A DNA stretch of 63,567 nt, the filler included, from Klebsormidium nitens (Eukaryota; Plantae; Klebsormidiophyceae): NCBI GenBank assembly GCA_000708835.1. It is 7 parts of 7 records of this genome, joined end to end, with 100 filler letters (N's around TTAATTAATTAA, not from the genome) between each part and the next. Parts side by side here need not be neighbours in the genome. Positions count along the whole stretch, not along the records: positions 39,988 to 51,991 come from DF238107.1; positions 52,092 to 55,537 come from DF238576.1; positions 55,638 to 61,173 come from DF238418.1; positions 61,274 to 63,567 come from DF238718.1; 3 more parts are not named here. One strand, written 5' to 3'. The position numbers and the translations under genes were made by a program. Position 1 is the first letter of the stretch, and every line of letters begins with the position of its first letter. Of the stretch, positions 49,401-62,345 are shown one piece after another. The notes under the pieces are model-generated. The model saw only the letters and a program-made list of their open reading frames with translations. It searched no databases and was not told the DNA's origin.

Positions 49401-52091
49401 GTACATTACGCTCAAAGATATTGTCTTGTCAAACGCTCTCAGCCGCAATGATCGGTCGATTTGGCTATCTATGCCGCTATGCTGATAGCGTTTTTTGGAC
49501 ATTCCGTAGGGGAATGTCACGATTGACTCGCACCGAATTTTGCAAATCCTGACCGTTTTCTCCGCCGGTGCGACATTAAACTGGATCCCCTAGGTTATAG
49601 TTCATCAAACGAAGACCATTCAGTATTTTGAGCGCGAATTGCGAATCCCTTCGGCCGCTGTCTTCTTTGTCTTCTGTTCTGTGCCCCGTTCAGGCGCTGC
49701 GCTGCCTGTTTGCAAAGTCAGTGCACCATCTACCGCCCACGCTTTACATTATTGTTTACTCACAGCGGTCTGAACATTTGACCCATCAAATTGTTCTGAC
49801 TCGGTTTAAAGTTTAGTTTGGTTTCGACGCTTCCTTGAAATCCAGACACAGCTTTCGCTGGAAAGGCGCCACCAATGCATTTTCGCTCGGCACTCTGGCA
49901 AAATTAAATCAGCTTCAAGGTGAGCGTTTCAACCCATATCTGATGTTGTGTCAACCAAACAGAGTGTCCTTGTCACGTCGTCCATGTTCGCCGCCGTTCG
50001 TAACGGTTGCTTGGGGTACTCTTGATTTTGCAGATTACAAAACAGCGTTTTGAGGCATTGGGCTTAGGCTAAAAAAAATCTTAGCGTTGCTAAACGTGTT
50101 GTCTTGAAATAGTCTTTCAACGAACACGTGAAAGACGTGGCTTAGCCCACATTACCTCCAAGCCCCGTTTATATTTAGATATTCTCTCTTTTCATACTTG
50201 TTTAGTAATTGTCCACACGGAGTGCGACCATGATTTGATTGATTATCGAATTAGACGACATAATCAAAGGCTCACGGCGTTGAGCGGAGCCTGATTAAAG
50301 AAGCGGAATAATTCTGAGCAGAGTGCTCGTGAGCACATGTTTATTTGCGAGAACCGGGCGGTGTATACCGTGCATACCGCCCAGCGCATTCGGCCTGCCA
50401 TTATTGCCTGGTGACTCGCCGCCCGGCCGTCAAAATGACGTGTCGAAAATCAATTAATACATGTACGAGCAGATCAACGCCCAACTGCGGCGGCGTCGAC
50501 CGGGCCAAGTGAAAACAGTGAAGGATAGTGTAAAATCTACACTAGAGTAAGGCTAGATAGATACATAGAGCGCATTGCAAAGAGCATAGCTCGTTGTTCC
50601 ATGATCTTGCTTTCAAGTTACAATGCTCCTGAGCATAGAAACTATTTCCAAACCCGTCGCTCCCAAACATTTATTATTTGTATTAGTGAGTAGATGCAAT
50701 GATGTGCGACATTGGGCTTACCCTCAGAACTTTACGCAGCGTTGTCAGTACGACGAGTTGCCTTGTATAATTGCAACGATTACGTAAAAGATGTGGCTTA
50801 GCCCACATCACTCCCAAGCCCCGTTTATTAACCCACGCGGATTGCAACGATGAGCCGTAAGCTAGCGGCTTGCTCAAGTACGGCTAGGTATCTAGATGGT
50901 ACCTCTCATTTGAGCATTGCCGGTTTGAGGGCACCTTAAGTACCTATGGTATGTTCAGCCCGGTGAATAGTACTCACACTTCCGGGCTGAATATATTGAG
51001 CAGGAAGGTATCAAGGGCGGAAGTTGGATTTTGAATAGGTACTACTACCTAGGAACCTAACTTGTAACCGTATTTGTACCGTCCAGTACGTTCATTTGAT
51101 ATACGTGATGATCCCATGACACGGTGGAAAAACCCTCCAAATTAGACAGGTCGGATAGACCAAAGTAGCGCAGAGGCTTGCAATGTAACCGACCGCAGAT
51201 TACGTGCGGGAACATAGATTACGTGCGGTTTCCACGCTGTAGGTTCAAAAACAGGGGGCCCTCAATGAGCGTGCATCTCAAAAAATATCAAAACATGGCG
51301 TCCAAGCATCAAAATGGAGCTTTAAATCATCTACAAACGAGTGCATGTTTTGCGATCAGATATGTTCTATGGCATTGCACACCATTGGACACCTACCCTA
51401 TTGAGAAAAGTGGGGAAGCGTGCTTCCTTTTCGTCGTTTTGTAGAGTGCTTTTTGTCAGTGGACCCCCATTTACAAGCAGATTGGGACAATTTTCCGCTT
51501 TTTCGCGGCAGATGAGAAAAAATTGCGGGTAGTTCCCCGGCTGAGTTGGCGGTACGAATTTGGGGATTTGCAGGGCCGGCCGGCCGTACCGACGATGATT
51601 CCCCAACCAAAGAAACTTGGCCGTACACAGTCGCACGACCGTACTAGAAATTGGGGATATGGAAACGCGCACCGTAGCTATCTGGTCAAGCCGTTTGTGC
51701 GGCGCTTCCTATGTTCCTGCTAGGATGCATGGCTGCCATAAATGAGTGATGAGCATGGGTGTTGGGCACTACGATAAGACACGATGACGGATGACTACAA
51801 CACAAAACTAGGCAATTGTCAACAACACTGTAAGCGGCGCGCATTTAAGTAGAGTAACCGTCGTTTTATCCTTGATGTCGTGATTGTAAAATCCGCAAAT
51901 CGCTCAGAGATTCGGTCCGGATCTCAATACTAGCTCTGCGGGTTTTGATAGAGCGTTGGGGCGAGGTAGGAATTGGCGCCTTTTTGCCTACNNNNNNNNN
52001 NNNNNNNNNNNNNNNNNNNNNNNNNNNNNNNNNNNTTAATTAATTAANNNNNNNNNNNNNNNNNNNNNNNNNNNNNNNNNNNNNNNNNNNN

Positions 52092-55000
52092 ACAGTGAGG
52101 GCACAAATCTCCTTCTCCTTGTCGGCCGTCTCCTTCTCCCAAGCAACTCCCGCGCTTTCATGCGCATTCATTGCACTCTTCCTCCCCTCCAGCTCCTCAA
52201 CCCACGCCGTCCGCTCCTCGCTCAGCCTCTCCGCTTCTGCCGCCCGCCCCGCGAGTTCCGCCTTCAGTGTCGCAATCGTCTCGCTCGCCTCCGCGGCCGC
52301 CTTCTCCTCGCTGCCGCTACTCTTCTCCACCTGCCACCTCAGACGCGCAACCTCATCCTCCAGCGCTGCGACTTTGCCGTACGCATCCGCGGCCGCCGTT
52401 CCTCTTTCCCGGCTTCCTTCCTCGAGGTCTCGCTAGAGCCGCGCGTTCTCCTCCTGCAGCGCCGCCATTTTCGCCCGCCCGTTCGCAATCTCGCCCGTCT
52501 TTTCCGCCATCTGGCCCTCCAATTCCGCTACTTCGGTTCTCAGATCTCTCACCTCCACCCCCCGCGCCGCCAGCTGACCCTCCAGCTTCTCAATTTGCAA
52601 CAACGCCTCCGGCACCACACCCTGAGCTTCTTTCAGCTCGCGCGTCAGCCGTCCATTCGTCTGCTTGAGCGCCGCGATCTCCGCCCCCGCCTCTGCAGCT
52701 GCCCGCTTGCCCGTTGCCGTCTTCTCTGCTATCCCCCGCCTCCAGCGCGCGCTCTCGTCCTCGAGCAGCGCGATCCGCGCGCGCGCCTCCGCGGCCGCGG
52801 TCTCACGCTCCCCAATCCTCCCCTCCAGCTCCCGCTTCACCTCTGCATTCTCGTCTTCTACCGCCGCAACCTTCGTGAGTAGCTCCGCGACGCGGGCCGC
52901 GCTCGCATCCCGCGCCCGCGCGCTCTTCTTCCGCTCTTCGTGTAGCCGCCCCTCCACTTTGCCGAGTTTCCGGATTACCTCCCGCTCCTTCTCGGCGTCA
53001 TCAACCGTCACCCTCAAAGCCTCTAAAAGCGACTCCGCCTCCTTGCTGACGCCTGCCAGCTGCTCCTCCTTGCCTGCCAGCGCTTGCTGTAGCGTGTCCG
53101 CCGTCAGCCGCTCCCGTGCCTCCGACGCCCGAAGCGCGGCCGCGTGCTGCTGCAGCGCCGACTCCAACTGCTGCACGCGCGCACCGAGCTCGCTCAGCTG
53201 AACCTCCTGGCCAGGAGATAAGAAGATTCAGAAATCCTTCAGACTCTTAATCGATTTTGAAAATGGTAAATCTGACTCCGAAGACCGCTTCGTTCAGAGC
53301 AAGATTGTAGATTGTTAGAGCTGATTCTGGATTTCAGCGTGTTCGCTGAGGTCAACTCTTCAGAACATACGAGTAGGATGTTCAGAGTTGGAACGGGACA
53401 GGAACGAGGCCTGGCTGTCGGTTTTTCAGAAAGCAGAAGCTTACTAGGAGTCTCTTTGTCTAAGGTAGGACCCAACGAGATTTGCAGCACCAGAAGACGA
53501 CACAGCCCCTACGTAGGTCGCTCAGAAAGCCGCCCATTTCCGGCTCAAATGCCACGACAGTTACACGATTGCCTCACCTGTGCCGGTGCGATCTGCCCGG
53601 CCTGCGTCGCGGTCCGCAGCTCGTCCTCGAGCGTCGCCGCCCGCTCTTCCGCCGCAACCTGGCGCGCCTGCGCCGCCGCAACCGCCTTTGTCAGGCCCTC
53701 CGTGTCGAGTCTGCTGTCGGTGCGCGACGCCGCCAGCTGGCTTTGCACTTCGGCAAGTTGCGCCTCCAGCTCCCGGTTGCGCACCTCAGCCCGCGACAGC
53801 GCTGCCCGGAAGCGCTCCACGTCGGCAGTCAGTTGCGCGACAGTCATCGTCTCGGGCAATGCCGCGGCAGGCTGCTACGTGGCGACCTGCACGGAGGACA
53901 CCTTATGAGCGCTGTATACTTAGGAGTGGACGACGATGCGGAGGCCTTTGCGGCTGCAAGAAAGATGCTCTGAAAGTCCCTTTTCAATCCCAATGACACT
54001 TTCAATTCAAGTGGCATCCAGACAAAACACGTAAGGCACGGCTCCTTCATTAGCTCTGAGCCTTCTTTCTCACGTGTCTCAAGGGCGGGTCTCAATCGCT
54101 TCGAAGTGAAAGGAGGCCGACGGTGCGCGAAGAAAAGCCATCCTCCTGGAAGTGTTTCCATAAGCTGACATTCGGACCCTGCAATATGTTCGCAACGACA
54201 TTTCAGGATTTAGCACCTGGGAAATTCAGATACCACTGAGTCCGTCTGTAAATCCGCATTACGAGGTGCCTCACCTCCTCGTCGCTGGCCGCCTGAGGTG
54301 AAGCTTGCGCGCTCTCGTTCTCCTTCTTGCTCTCTGGCACCGTATCCGCTTTGTTTCCGTCTCCCGCCGCTCCCTTAGACGTCTCCCCGGCAGGCACACT
54401 TCCCGTCGTCTGTTCGCTCTCAGATGACGGGAACGCACCTTTTGCGGACCCCTCCAGGCCGGCGCCATGTGGTGGCGCTTCTGGCGCTCCAATCTTGAAG
54501 ACGTCGGCGACAGAGTGGGAGGTGGCGGGCAACAGCTGCAAGAAGGACATGCGCTGAGATCAGAAGTGAATATGCGCAAGACTGTTTTGACATCCTGTAG
54601 TAATTTTGACGGCAGGGGCATTGGATTTGGGAAGAAAGTCCAGCATAAGACCGGCGGTCGTCATGTTTTGGGCAATGGTGAGTATGGAGAACGGCCATAG
54701 TGAACAAAAATGATCCATAGTCCAGCCATGTGGGGACTGCTGTGGCGTTGGGGCTACTCGGCGCAAGAGACGTACAAGGAAAAGTTGCGAGTTTCTGTGA
54801 CGCAGGAAGCTCAGTGACAAGGCCTCCAGACAGCGTGTACATAATTGCTGAGGCGAAAAGAAGAAACTAACAAAATGAAGCGGGAGAAATGATAATGAAG
54901 CTGGCTCGAATGTATCATCGCATTCAAGGATACAACTTCACGGGCTGATCTTGAAGGGGTACTCACGACCTCCCATCTTTTCCCATTCCAAGCAGAAACT

Positions 55001-55413
55001 CTACAATGACAGACTAGGCACCTACGAAGCATCTATCTACGAGATGAACATCACGAAGGAAGGATATCGATAGAGGTTCAGTCCACAGATTGGGATACCT
55101 TTATGAGCCAATCAATCCTCACCTGCGTGGACACAGCAACCTCGTCGACATGGCTCGCCGATGCGTGCTTCAGATTCACCACTCTCTTTCCCGCTACTTG
55201 CACCTTCGCTCCGGCCCGCGGTGTCTCCTGCTCGTCGATCCGAACAGCGGCGCCCTTCTCCGCATACGCGACCGTCCGCTGACCTTTCTCGGCACCCACG
55301 TGGCCCGTCGAATCCTGGCACAGCGCCTTGTCTTCAGCAGGCGAAGGAGATGGGGGCGGCAGCTTCTTGACCGGTGTGATGGGGTGTGCTCCGAGAGTTC
55401 TTGGAGGGTGGCC
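52092..55413 (-). pseudogene. Long coiled-coil protein gene, partial (runs into gaps), with in-frame TAG codons
   Basis: Phase-0 exons 55413-55123, 54553-54275, 53886-53578 and 53206-52092. Ala/Glu/Arg heptad-rich product. TAG at 52433-52435 with the same frame continuing; TAG at 53875-53877, which a nearby NAGNAG acceptor could bypass. Confidence 0.6.
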
Positions 55414-56137
55414 CTGCAGATATAGAGGAAAGCAGAAATTTGCTAGGCTCTAGAAAAAGAGAACAATCGTCGGCTTCTACTTTTTCTTCGGGTCGAAATC
55501 TGCAACTACAGGACGGAGGGGTGATTGTCTTCTTGTGNNNNNNNNNNNNNNNNNNNNNNNNNNNNNNNNNNNNNNNNNNNNTTAATTAATTAANNNNNNN
55601 NNNNNNNNNNNNNNNNNNNNNNNNNNNNNNNNNNNNNGGGCCGCCCGCATATATGCGGATAATTTAACGGCATGCATGCGCAATGCAGCTGTATATACGT
55701 TGCATGATTTTGCGTTCAAATTTCACTTGCCTAGGCAACTGTACGTACCTCAATGAAATATTATCATTAACTTAAGTACTAAACGTCGCGACTAGCCTAG
55801 CCGATTACTAACGGCTCCAAACCGACGTCGTCGCGTTATTAATCTATATTTATACTGGTCAATTATTCGAAATGCCCACGTACCGTTAAGTTATGAAGTT
55901 ATGCATCATCGATTCATATTGAATGCTGAGTAGCTGCCCGGGCGTGACCATCTAAATTCCGTTCATTCTCAATGATGACACTCTCAAAATGATCATCATA
56001 TACCTAGCTAGCCTGGAGCAAAAGTAGCTTGAACATTCACAGTAGTAGCCGCGCGCGCACGCCATGACCACGGGCCCGGGGCGTCGATTGCACTCGGTGC
56101 AGGCCGTGCACGCGGCATCAGCTTTAAGTTTAGGGTA

Positions 56138-56576
56138 CCGTCACTTTGAAGTGGCACCCCCTTAGGTATATTCTGTAGGGGGGCTTGGGTTGATGGGTTG
56201 CATGAGACAATCGAAGGCCTGGGGAGGGGGGGGGCCGGGGCTTGAGGCTTGGGGCGAAGCCCTAGCCGGACTCGAGCTGCAGAGCGTGCTTTTTCATGCT
56301 GATTTATCATCATTTAGCCCACGGGTCAGACATTCTAGACCATGAATGAAACGAAGAAGCACTTTTCAACCTTCAAAAGGGGGCGAATTTATGCATACGA
56401 CAGTGCTTTTGTCCATAAAGTAATAAAGTTTGCCCGGTTGGTGTCCATGTGGACCGGGGCCTTGACGTACCGGCCTTTTCTGTGACAACAAGCTGCCGGA
56501 GGGGGGGGGGGCTTGAGACCCTCCAGTTGCAAAGTGCCTCTAAAATACCTAACCGGGTGCCACTTCAAAGTGACGG
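56138..56576. mobile_element. Tc1/mariner-type MITE with TA TSD
   Basis: TA-CCGTCACTTTGAAGTGGCACCC...GGGTGCCACTTCAAAGTGACGG-TA; the perfect 22-bp TIR extends imperfectly to about 35 bp. Confidence 0.88.
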
Positions 56577-57654
56577 TACCCGGACCCTTATCATGTCGAC
56601 TAGTGCATCATTAACACCGTATATGCCTTTCAACAAGTTATCATTAGCTAGGGTTAGTACTCTTAAGGGCTAGTATTCTTAAGTCAACTTATGCTACAGG
56701 CTATACACATGTTCGATACCCTTCATCTTCAGGATAGCCGGAGCTAGCGCTTCCGTATTGAATCCTATAGCTGAAGGTCAAGAAACTATAGTGAACCCTT
56801 AGCAACTTCCTAATACTTCATATATAATGATGATCCCGGTCAGCCACAATTTGGCAGAACTTCTAGGAAGCATCAACTACGTTACTAGCTGAAGTAAGCA
56901 TGCCGGCAGTGCCAACACAGCATCTACAGGGCAAACATCTCATGCATGAGTTGGACCGGCTGCCTTGCATCTGATGCATCCGAGAGCGAAGGCGAAGGAA
57001 CACGATAACAACCTGCGACTAGACACACTGCTAGCTTGCCGGCAGAGAGAGTATGGTCACGCCTTGACTAAGACTCTAATTGCATGTCCCCACCATCCTA
57101 ACTGTTTCGAAAGTCCATACTCCGATCATAAATCACGACCGAAGCTTTCCATACGCCATCATGTCCCAGACGTTTGACCTTGGTCGCGCGGCTCAGTCAA
57201 TATATGCACTCTTGAGGACCAAGCCGATATGTACAACTCATATGACCATATTCTATCTCGATGTTTCTTCTGACAGGCGTCCATCACTTTCAAGAAATTT
57301 ACAGCTGCAGAGACAAAATACGTGGATCAGTGTGTCTTCAAAATGTTGATGAAATATAAGAACCGACCCTGCCTGCCATGCCCACAAAGAATCATTTGGA
57401 GTACACCAATTTCCAGAGTGTCTCCGCGCTATCAGCTCCAAGGCAGCAATGTTTTAGGACCAGGTTTCAGATTTATGCAACCGTGCATCAGCAAGGATCG
57501 TTAGGCAGGGCTTGGGGAGGCAGCACCGTCTGCCTTGTGCATGGTCTTGGCCCCCCGTTCCCTGGATAAGGTGCTGCATCCCGTCACTTTCGGTCGGGCT
57601 GGTGTGCGAACGAGTCCTACCTGCTCGGAAGCCCCAGCTTACCTGCTGCGCCCC

Positions 57655-59232
57655 TCAGCGGGAGGGCCCCTTCCGGTCTAGGTGCGAGAACCACGACCGA
57701 GGAAACGAGCGCTCCCGATCTCGCCTCCCAAGCTCTGAAGGGAAAGAGGCCGCGATGCATTGAGGGGGAAAGAGAGCGACGTGACATGCTTCTAGATGGA
57801 GGACATGTAGCTTGTGAATTGTCTGCCGAGCTGCGCAGCCATTTGGCTGTGTGCAGCAACAAATAAAACACAAAGAGAAGTCCTCTCGCCACAAACGACT
57901 CGATTCTTCAACAACGCTGACAGAAACTTGAGCGAGAAAAAAAGGACCTTTTCAGCCGGCCATCCAAAATCCGTTTTTGCTTACGAACCACGCAAACGCC
58001 AAACCCGGGCAAAAAGCATCTCACGTGGGCACACATCCGCACGCTGGCACAGGCTTGTCGATCGCACATTGCTTCGCGTGTCTCTCTCACCTGGCTGCGA
58101 CTCGCTGCTGCCCCCCGCCTGCCTGTCGCCGCCGGCCCCCGGCCACCGGAACCTCAGAGGACTGCCACGGTCGGAGGCAGCGGCCGTCGTGGCCCCCGAG
58201 GGCTGCCAGTCCATGTCCGTGTCGGGGTCCAGCTCCGAGATGGCTGGGGCACTCCCCGCAGGAGCAGGCGCATCGTCGCCCCTGCACGCACAGCGAACCA
58301 GTCAGCCAGGGGGGGCGGGCGCCACGAGGTGGCGGCCATCAAATGGCCCTTGAGAAACAGGGGCGGAGCAGGGCCCAATATGGGCCTTTCTGCTGGAACG
58401 TACTGAACATCTAAGGGCTTTCCTTGGCGTGGCACCCATGAGCAGTACCTCTCATTGCTGGAGGCCAATTGCATGGCGAGAGGAGGGCTTTACGGGCGCA
58501 ACAGGCGAACCTTTTCCATCACCAAGCAGCTTTCTATCTGCTGCACCGGAAAGGCACCCACCCGAACCCTGCAACGCGGCTTGCAACCGGCAGGTGATAA
58601 GCACCCAGGCCGAGACTGTGCGCTTACCAGTGGATGGGGATGTCCCGCACTGACTTGGGGGAATGCTGCCAGCGCGGCCCGGCCTGCGCTGGCCCCTCGC
58701 CCTCATCGTCCTCCTCTCCCTCGTCTTCGCCGGTGTCATCATCTGCTGGTAAGGGAGGCAGGATGTCAGGCAAGCCTGTCCAAAAGTGGAACAGAAAAGG
58801 AGTAGGAGAGGGTGAAAGCCAATTATACAAGCAAGCAAAACGAGACAGCCGTTATGGACAAGCTCTCATCGAAGTTTATTATTTGAGGACTGAAGATTAA
58901 CGCCAACATGAAGATGCCGCCTTTATGATAAACTGGATTGTATACTTGCAGCCAGGCCCATGCCTTGAGGCACACACGAGCGCGAGCGCAGATGGCCTGC
59001 GCCCGCGCCTGCCCGGCTGATCTGCCAGTGTGCGTATGCGCATCCTGCCTCTGCCCTGCCTCACCCCACAGCCTGCCCCCCTGCCAACCTTCCCTGCTCG
59101 CGCTCAGTGGAGGGGCGCGGCGCTACCTTCTTCCTCGGCGTCGCTGTCGGGGTGCTCCACCAGCGGCTGCTCGCGCGACGCCACCTCGGCCTCCCCCACC
59201 TCCAGCTCCACCACGCGCAGCGCAGGCAGCGA
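57655..59232 (-). CDS. Hypothetical acidic/low-complexity protein, 3' exons; start unresolved
   Basis: Exons 59232-59127, 58745-58628, 58281-58091 and 57734-57655 have consistent splice phases (1, 2, 1); peptides SLPALRVVELEVGEAEV and DDDTGEDEGEEDDEGEG. Confidence 0.5.
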
Positions 59233-60146
59233 CTGCACATCACACGCAGCCGGGTCAGCACCCCACCTGCTGAACTCCAGTAGGACACAGACAAGACCTC
59301 TGCGCCCGTTGCCTTGGTCCGTCTGCCTGTACTACAACCTCACAGGGTGGGCATCGAGATGAAGCGAGGAGTGGAAGTTCAGCCTGTCTGCTAAAAACTC
59401 TCACAATTAATCATCGATCCAAACAGCAAAAGGCTTGCACGAAAACCTGCTGCTATTTGGGTGGTCAAATGCAGTCGCTTGTCACAATGGACAAATGGTG
59501 CAGAAAGCACCACACAAATCTTGTAAAGCATGAGCTATGGAGTAGTCAACTTCTGGCTTGGCATGTAGCCTGTGGATTACTAGTTCAGGATTCCAAAAAC
59601 ACTACGGTACGAGCGTCATAGATGCAACTGTATATACAAATTTTGAAGGCAACTTCAACCGCCAATCTTATCTGACTTTTGAGCAAACTTGGTCAGAGCT
59701 CCCCGCAACTGTTTTCTTGATGGTGTGGACCTTTTCAAGGAGTCAAAGAGGCAGCAATGGGAAAACTTAAAAGAAAGAGGGAGCTTGACATTGTTCCGAA
59801 AACACGACGTCCGTCTCAAGATTGGGCCGTTCAATACTAGGATACTAAAGTCAATCATCAAATGTCAATGCACATTTGGAACATATCGAACCAGAGCAAG
59901 CAAAGTGGGGCTTCTATACCATTGCAACATGTCTGTTGAAACCTTCTCAGCATTGAAGATCTACTGTAACTCAAGTATCATCATTTGTGACTCCAGTCTT
60001 GGGGGAAATGAGTGGTTCTGGTCTATTTGGCACGGGGTTTTTATACTTTTGAGAGCATTTTAACGCTGCCCATAGTTGAGCGCAGCTAAAGCAGGCTTCA
60101 GCTGACTGGGTCCCTGTCCAACCGTGTATTGCACGTTGAAGTGTCT

Positions 60147-60246
60147 TGATTGGCACGAGGAGTCTGGTTACGTGCTCAAGAGGAGAAAAGAATGGCGAGA
60201 ATTCAAGCTCCTCTTGAGCACGTAACCAGACTCCTCGTGCCAATCA
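60147..60246. repeat. Perfect 39-bp inverted repeat with 22-nt loop
   Basis: TGATTGGCACGAGGAGTCTGGTTACGTGCTCAAGAGGAG at 60147-60185; exact reverse complement at 60208-60246. Confidence 0.97.
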
Positions 60247-60490
60247 GGTACACAGACATTGAACTAAGATGTTCCCCAAAGAGAAGCGCAGTGGTCGACC
60301 TGGTCCCCAAAGCAATTCAGATGCTGAGCCTTAAGGGAACCCTTCTCCTCGCTTTAACCTCATGCCCTGAGCAATGGGCAGCAAACTAGCAGGGGCAGAG
60401 ACTGAAGGTGAGCTAGACAAAGCAGAAATGCTCTTTAATTGCAGAACTGAGTCGTTCCGTACTGGTATGGCTAAAGAAGCAAAAGCTTAC

Positions 60491-60751
60491 CTGGTGGGAT
60501 GGGCTGCTCCCATAATCGCCAGCGCTGGTTCCTTGCATGCTTTGCATGGCCGGGTGGGGTCGCTGAAAAATCTCATCTACGAGACCCCCAAATGGATGGG
60601 AGAAGAAAGTGGACGAAAATGGAGAAGAGAAGAAGGCGCTGCGTTGTTGGAAAAAAGGATCCTCAAAGAAAGGGTCGTCAAAGAAACCATCGAAGAAACT
60701 TCGCAACCGAGGACCCCTTCCAAAAGGGGTTCCATCATTGCCCCTGCGCAT
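60491..60751 (-). CDS. Hypothetical protein exon rich in FFDDPFF motifs (possibly myeloid-leukemia-factor-like N-terminus)
   Basis: MRRGNDGTPFGRGPRLRSFFDGFFDDPFFEDPFF...; upstream CCGCAG acceptor and GTAAGC donor at 60490; downstream exons not resolved. Confidence 0.45.
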
Positions 60752-61122
60752 ACTCTTCTTTTGGAGAACCTGCGGACGTAAGACAAGCTAACGCCCTTGC
60801 TCAAATGCAGCTCCAGCTGCTTCAAGTTCCACTACTACCTAGTACAGACTACGCTGGTTCTAGATAGCTAAGCTTCTTGTGTTTCTTCTAGCTTGCGCAT
60901 AATACGCGTTCAAGTTTTCATGGTGCTCTTTGTGGCAAACTGCAGTCTCGAAACTGCACGGGCTGCTTGCCCGGTACGGTACAATCTCATCTGGAGCGCG
61001 GTTTACAAGTAGGCATTTGCTCTCAGGTCCCCGGGCAGTACAAGAAGCCCGGCGGGTTGACCGCGCTTTCCGGCAGATGGCCTTCCTAGAATCGTTTTTT
61101 TTTTTTGAATTGTTTTTTAAAA

Positions 61123-61169
61123 TAGGGTTTTAGGGTTTTAGGGTTATAGGGTTTTAGGGTTTTAGGGTT
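61123..61169 (+). repeat. Telomere-type (TTTTAGGG)n tract, about 6 units
   Basis: TAGGGTTT TAGGGTTT TAGGGTTA TAGGGTTT TAGGGTTT TAGGGTT, next to a gap. Confidence 0.9.
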
Positions 61170-62029
61170 CCCCNNNNNNNNNNNNNNNNNNNNNNNNNNN
61201 NNNNNNNNNNNNNNNNNTTAATTAATTAANNNNNNNNNNNNNNNNNNNNNNNNNNNNNNNNNNNNNNNNNNNNCACACAGTGGGCTAGAGTGTAGACCTA
61301 GAGATAGGCCGTGACTTGGAACACTCCATATACATTGTGTGAACTTGATTGATTGAATATCACTTCCAACAACGCTGTGTTTCAACAACTTGTAAGGCTC
61401 CAAATCAGAGTATCAACCGTCATCCGCGCCTGCTCGGCAATGGTAGGCACGCTGGATGTAAAGAGATGCGGGGTCGGCTTGATGTTCCTCACGAGCATGA
61501 CTGTGACCCCCGACCCTAGAATGGTTGATAAAACCCTTGGCGGTGTGTCTATCACTATCTTCTCATCTCTTCTCTTGCGGAGCCTTCCAACTTCCTCATT
61601 GTCACGAAAAGGTCGTTCTCCTGGACACCTTCTTCAAACTGATCGCTTTGTCGATTTTCGATTGGAAAGATGTCATGTGCCTTATTAAAAGAGGTTCGTG
61701 GGCTCACTTCGGTCTTGCGCGTAAAGGGCGCCCCCTCTCTGCATCAAAATGCAACGGGTGCATATTAAGAACAAGAGCTATGTACGAACTCGACATGATC
61801 GGAAAACAACCAGGCATTTTAATTGGTCAACTGGATGAATCTTGTTTATCAAATGTCCCAAACTTGATGCAATAAACTTTAAGCTCCAAGGCAGTACAAG
61901 CCGCCTATCGATTTCTACGATCAATGCTGCTGCTCAAGAAGACGATGCAAGTAAAAATGCTGATAAAAAAGGAGTTCATGATGGCTCTGAATTTGGCATT
62001 TTGTGTTTAACATTTTACATTAGCCACCA

Positions 62030-62345
62030 AATTATACAACAGAAGAGGAACCAGCGGCATGGTGCTGGTGCCGCGGCATTGTTGCTGGCGCTGCTTCAAC
62101 ATTGAATGGTACACATTTACCTGATAGACTGCTCTGTTTTGACTTTGTTTTAGCACCATAATGTACAACAATAGCGGCATTGTGCTGGCGCTGCTCCAAA
62201 ATAAAGAGAAATAGAGAAGGGTGTACAATATACAAGTTGCTTGGACTTTTTTGCTTTGAATTCTGTAATGGGCATTCATTTGTACAAGGGAGGAAGATAT
62301 AGCGGCAGATTGTGCTGGAGCTTCAAAACAAAGAGAAACAAATAT
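62030..62345. repeat. Three degenerate ~120-bp direct repeats
   Basis: Core GCGGCA(GA)TTGT(T)GCTGG(C/A)GCT near 62077, 62174 and 62302, each preceded by T(G/A)TACAA. Confidence 0.6.
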
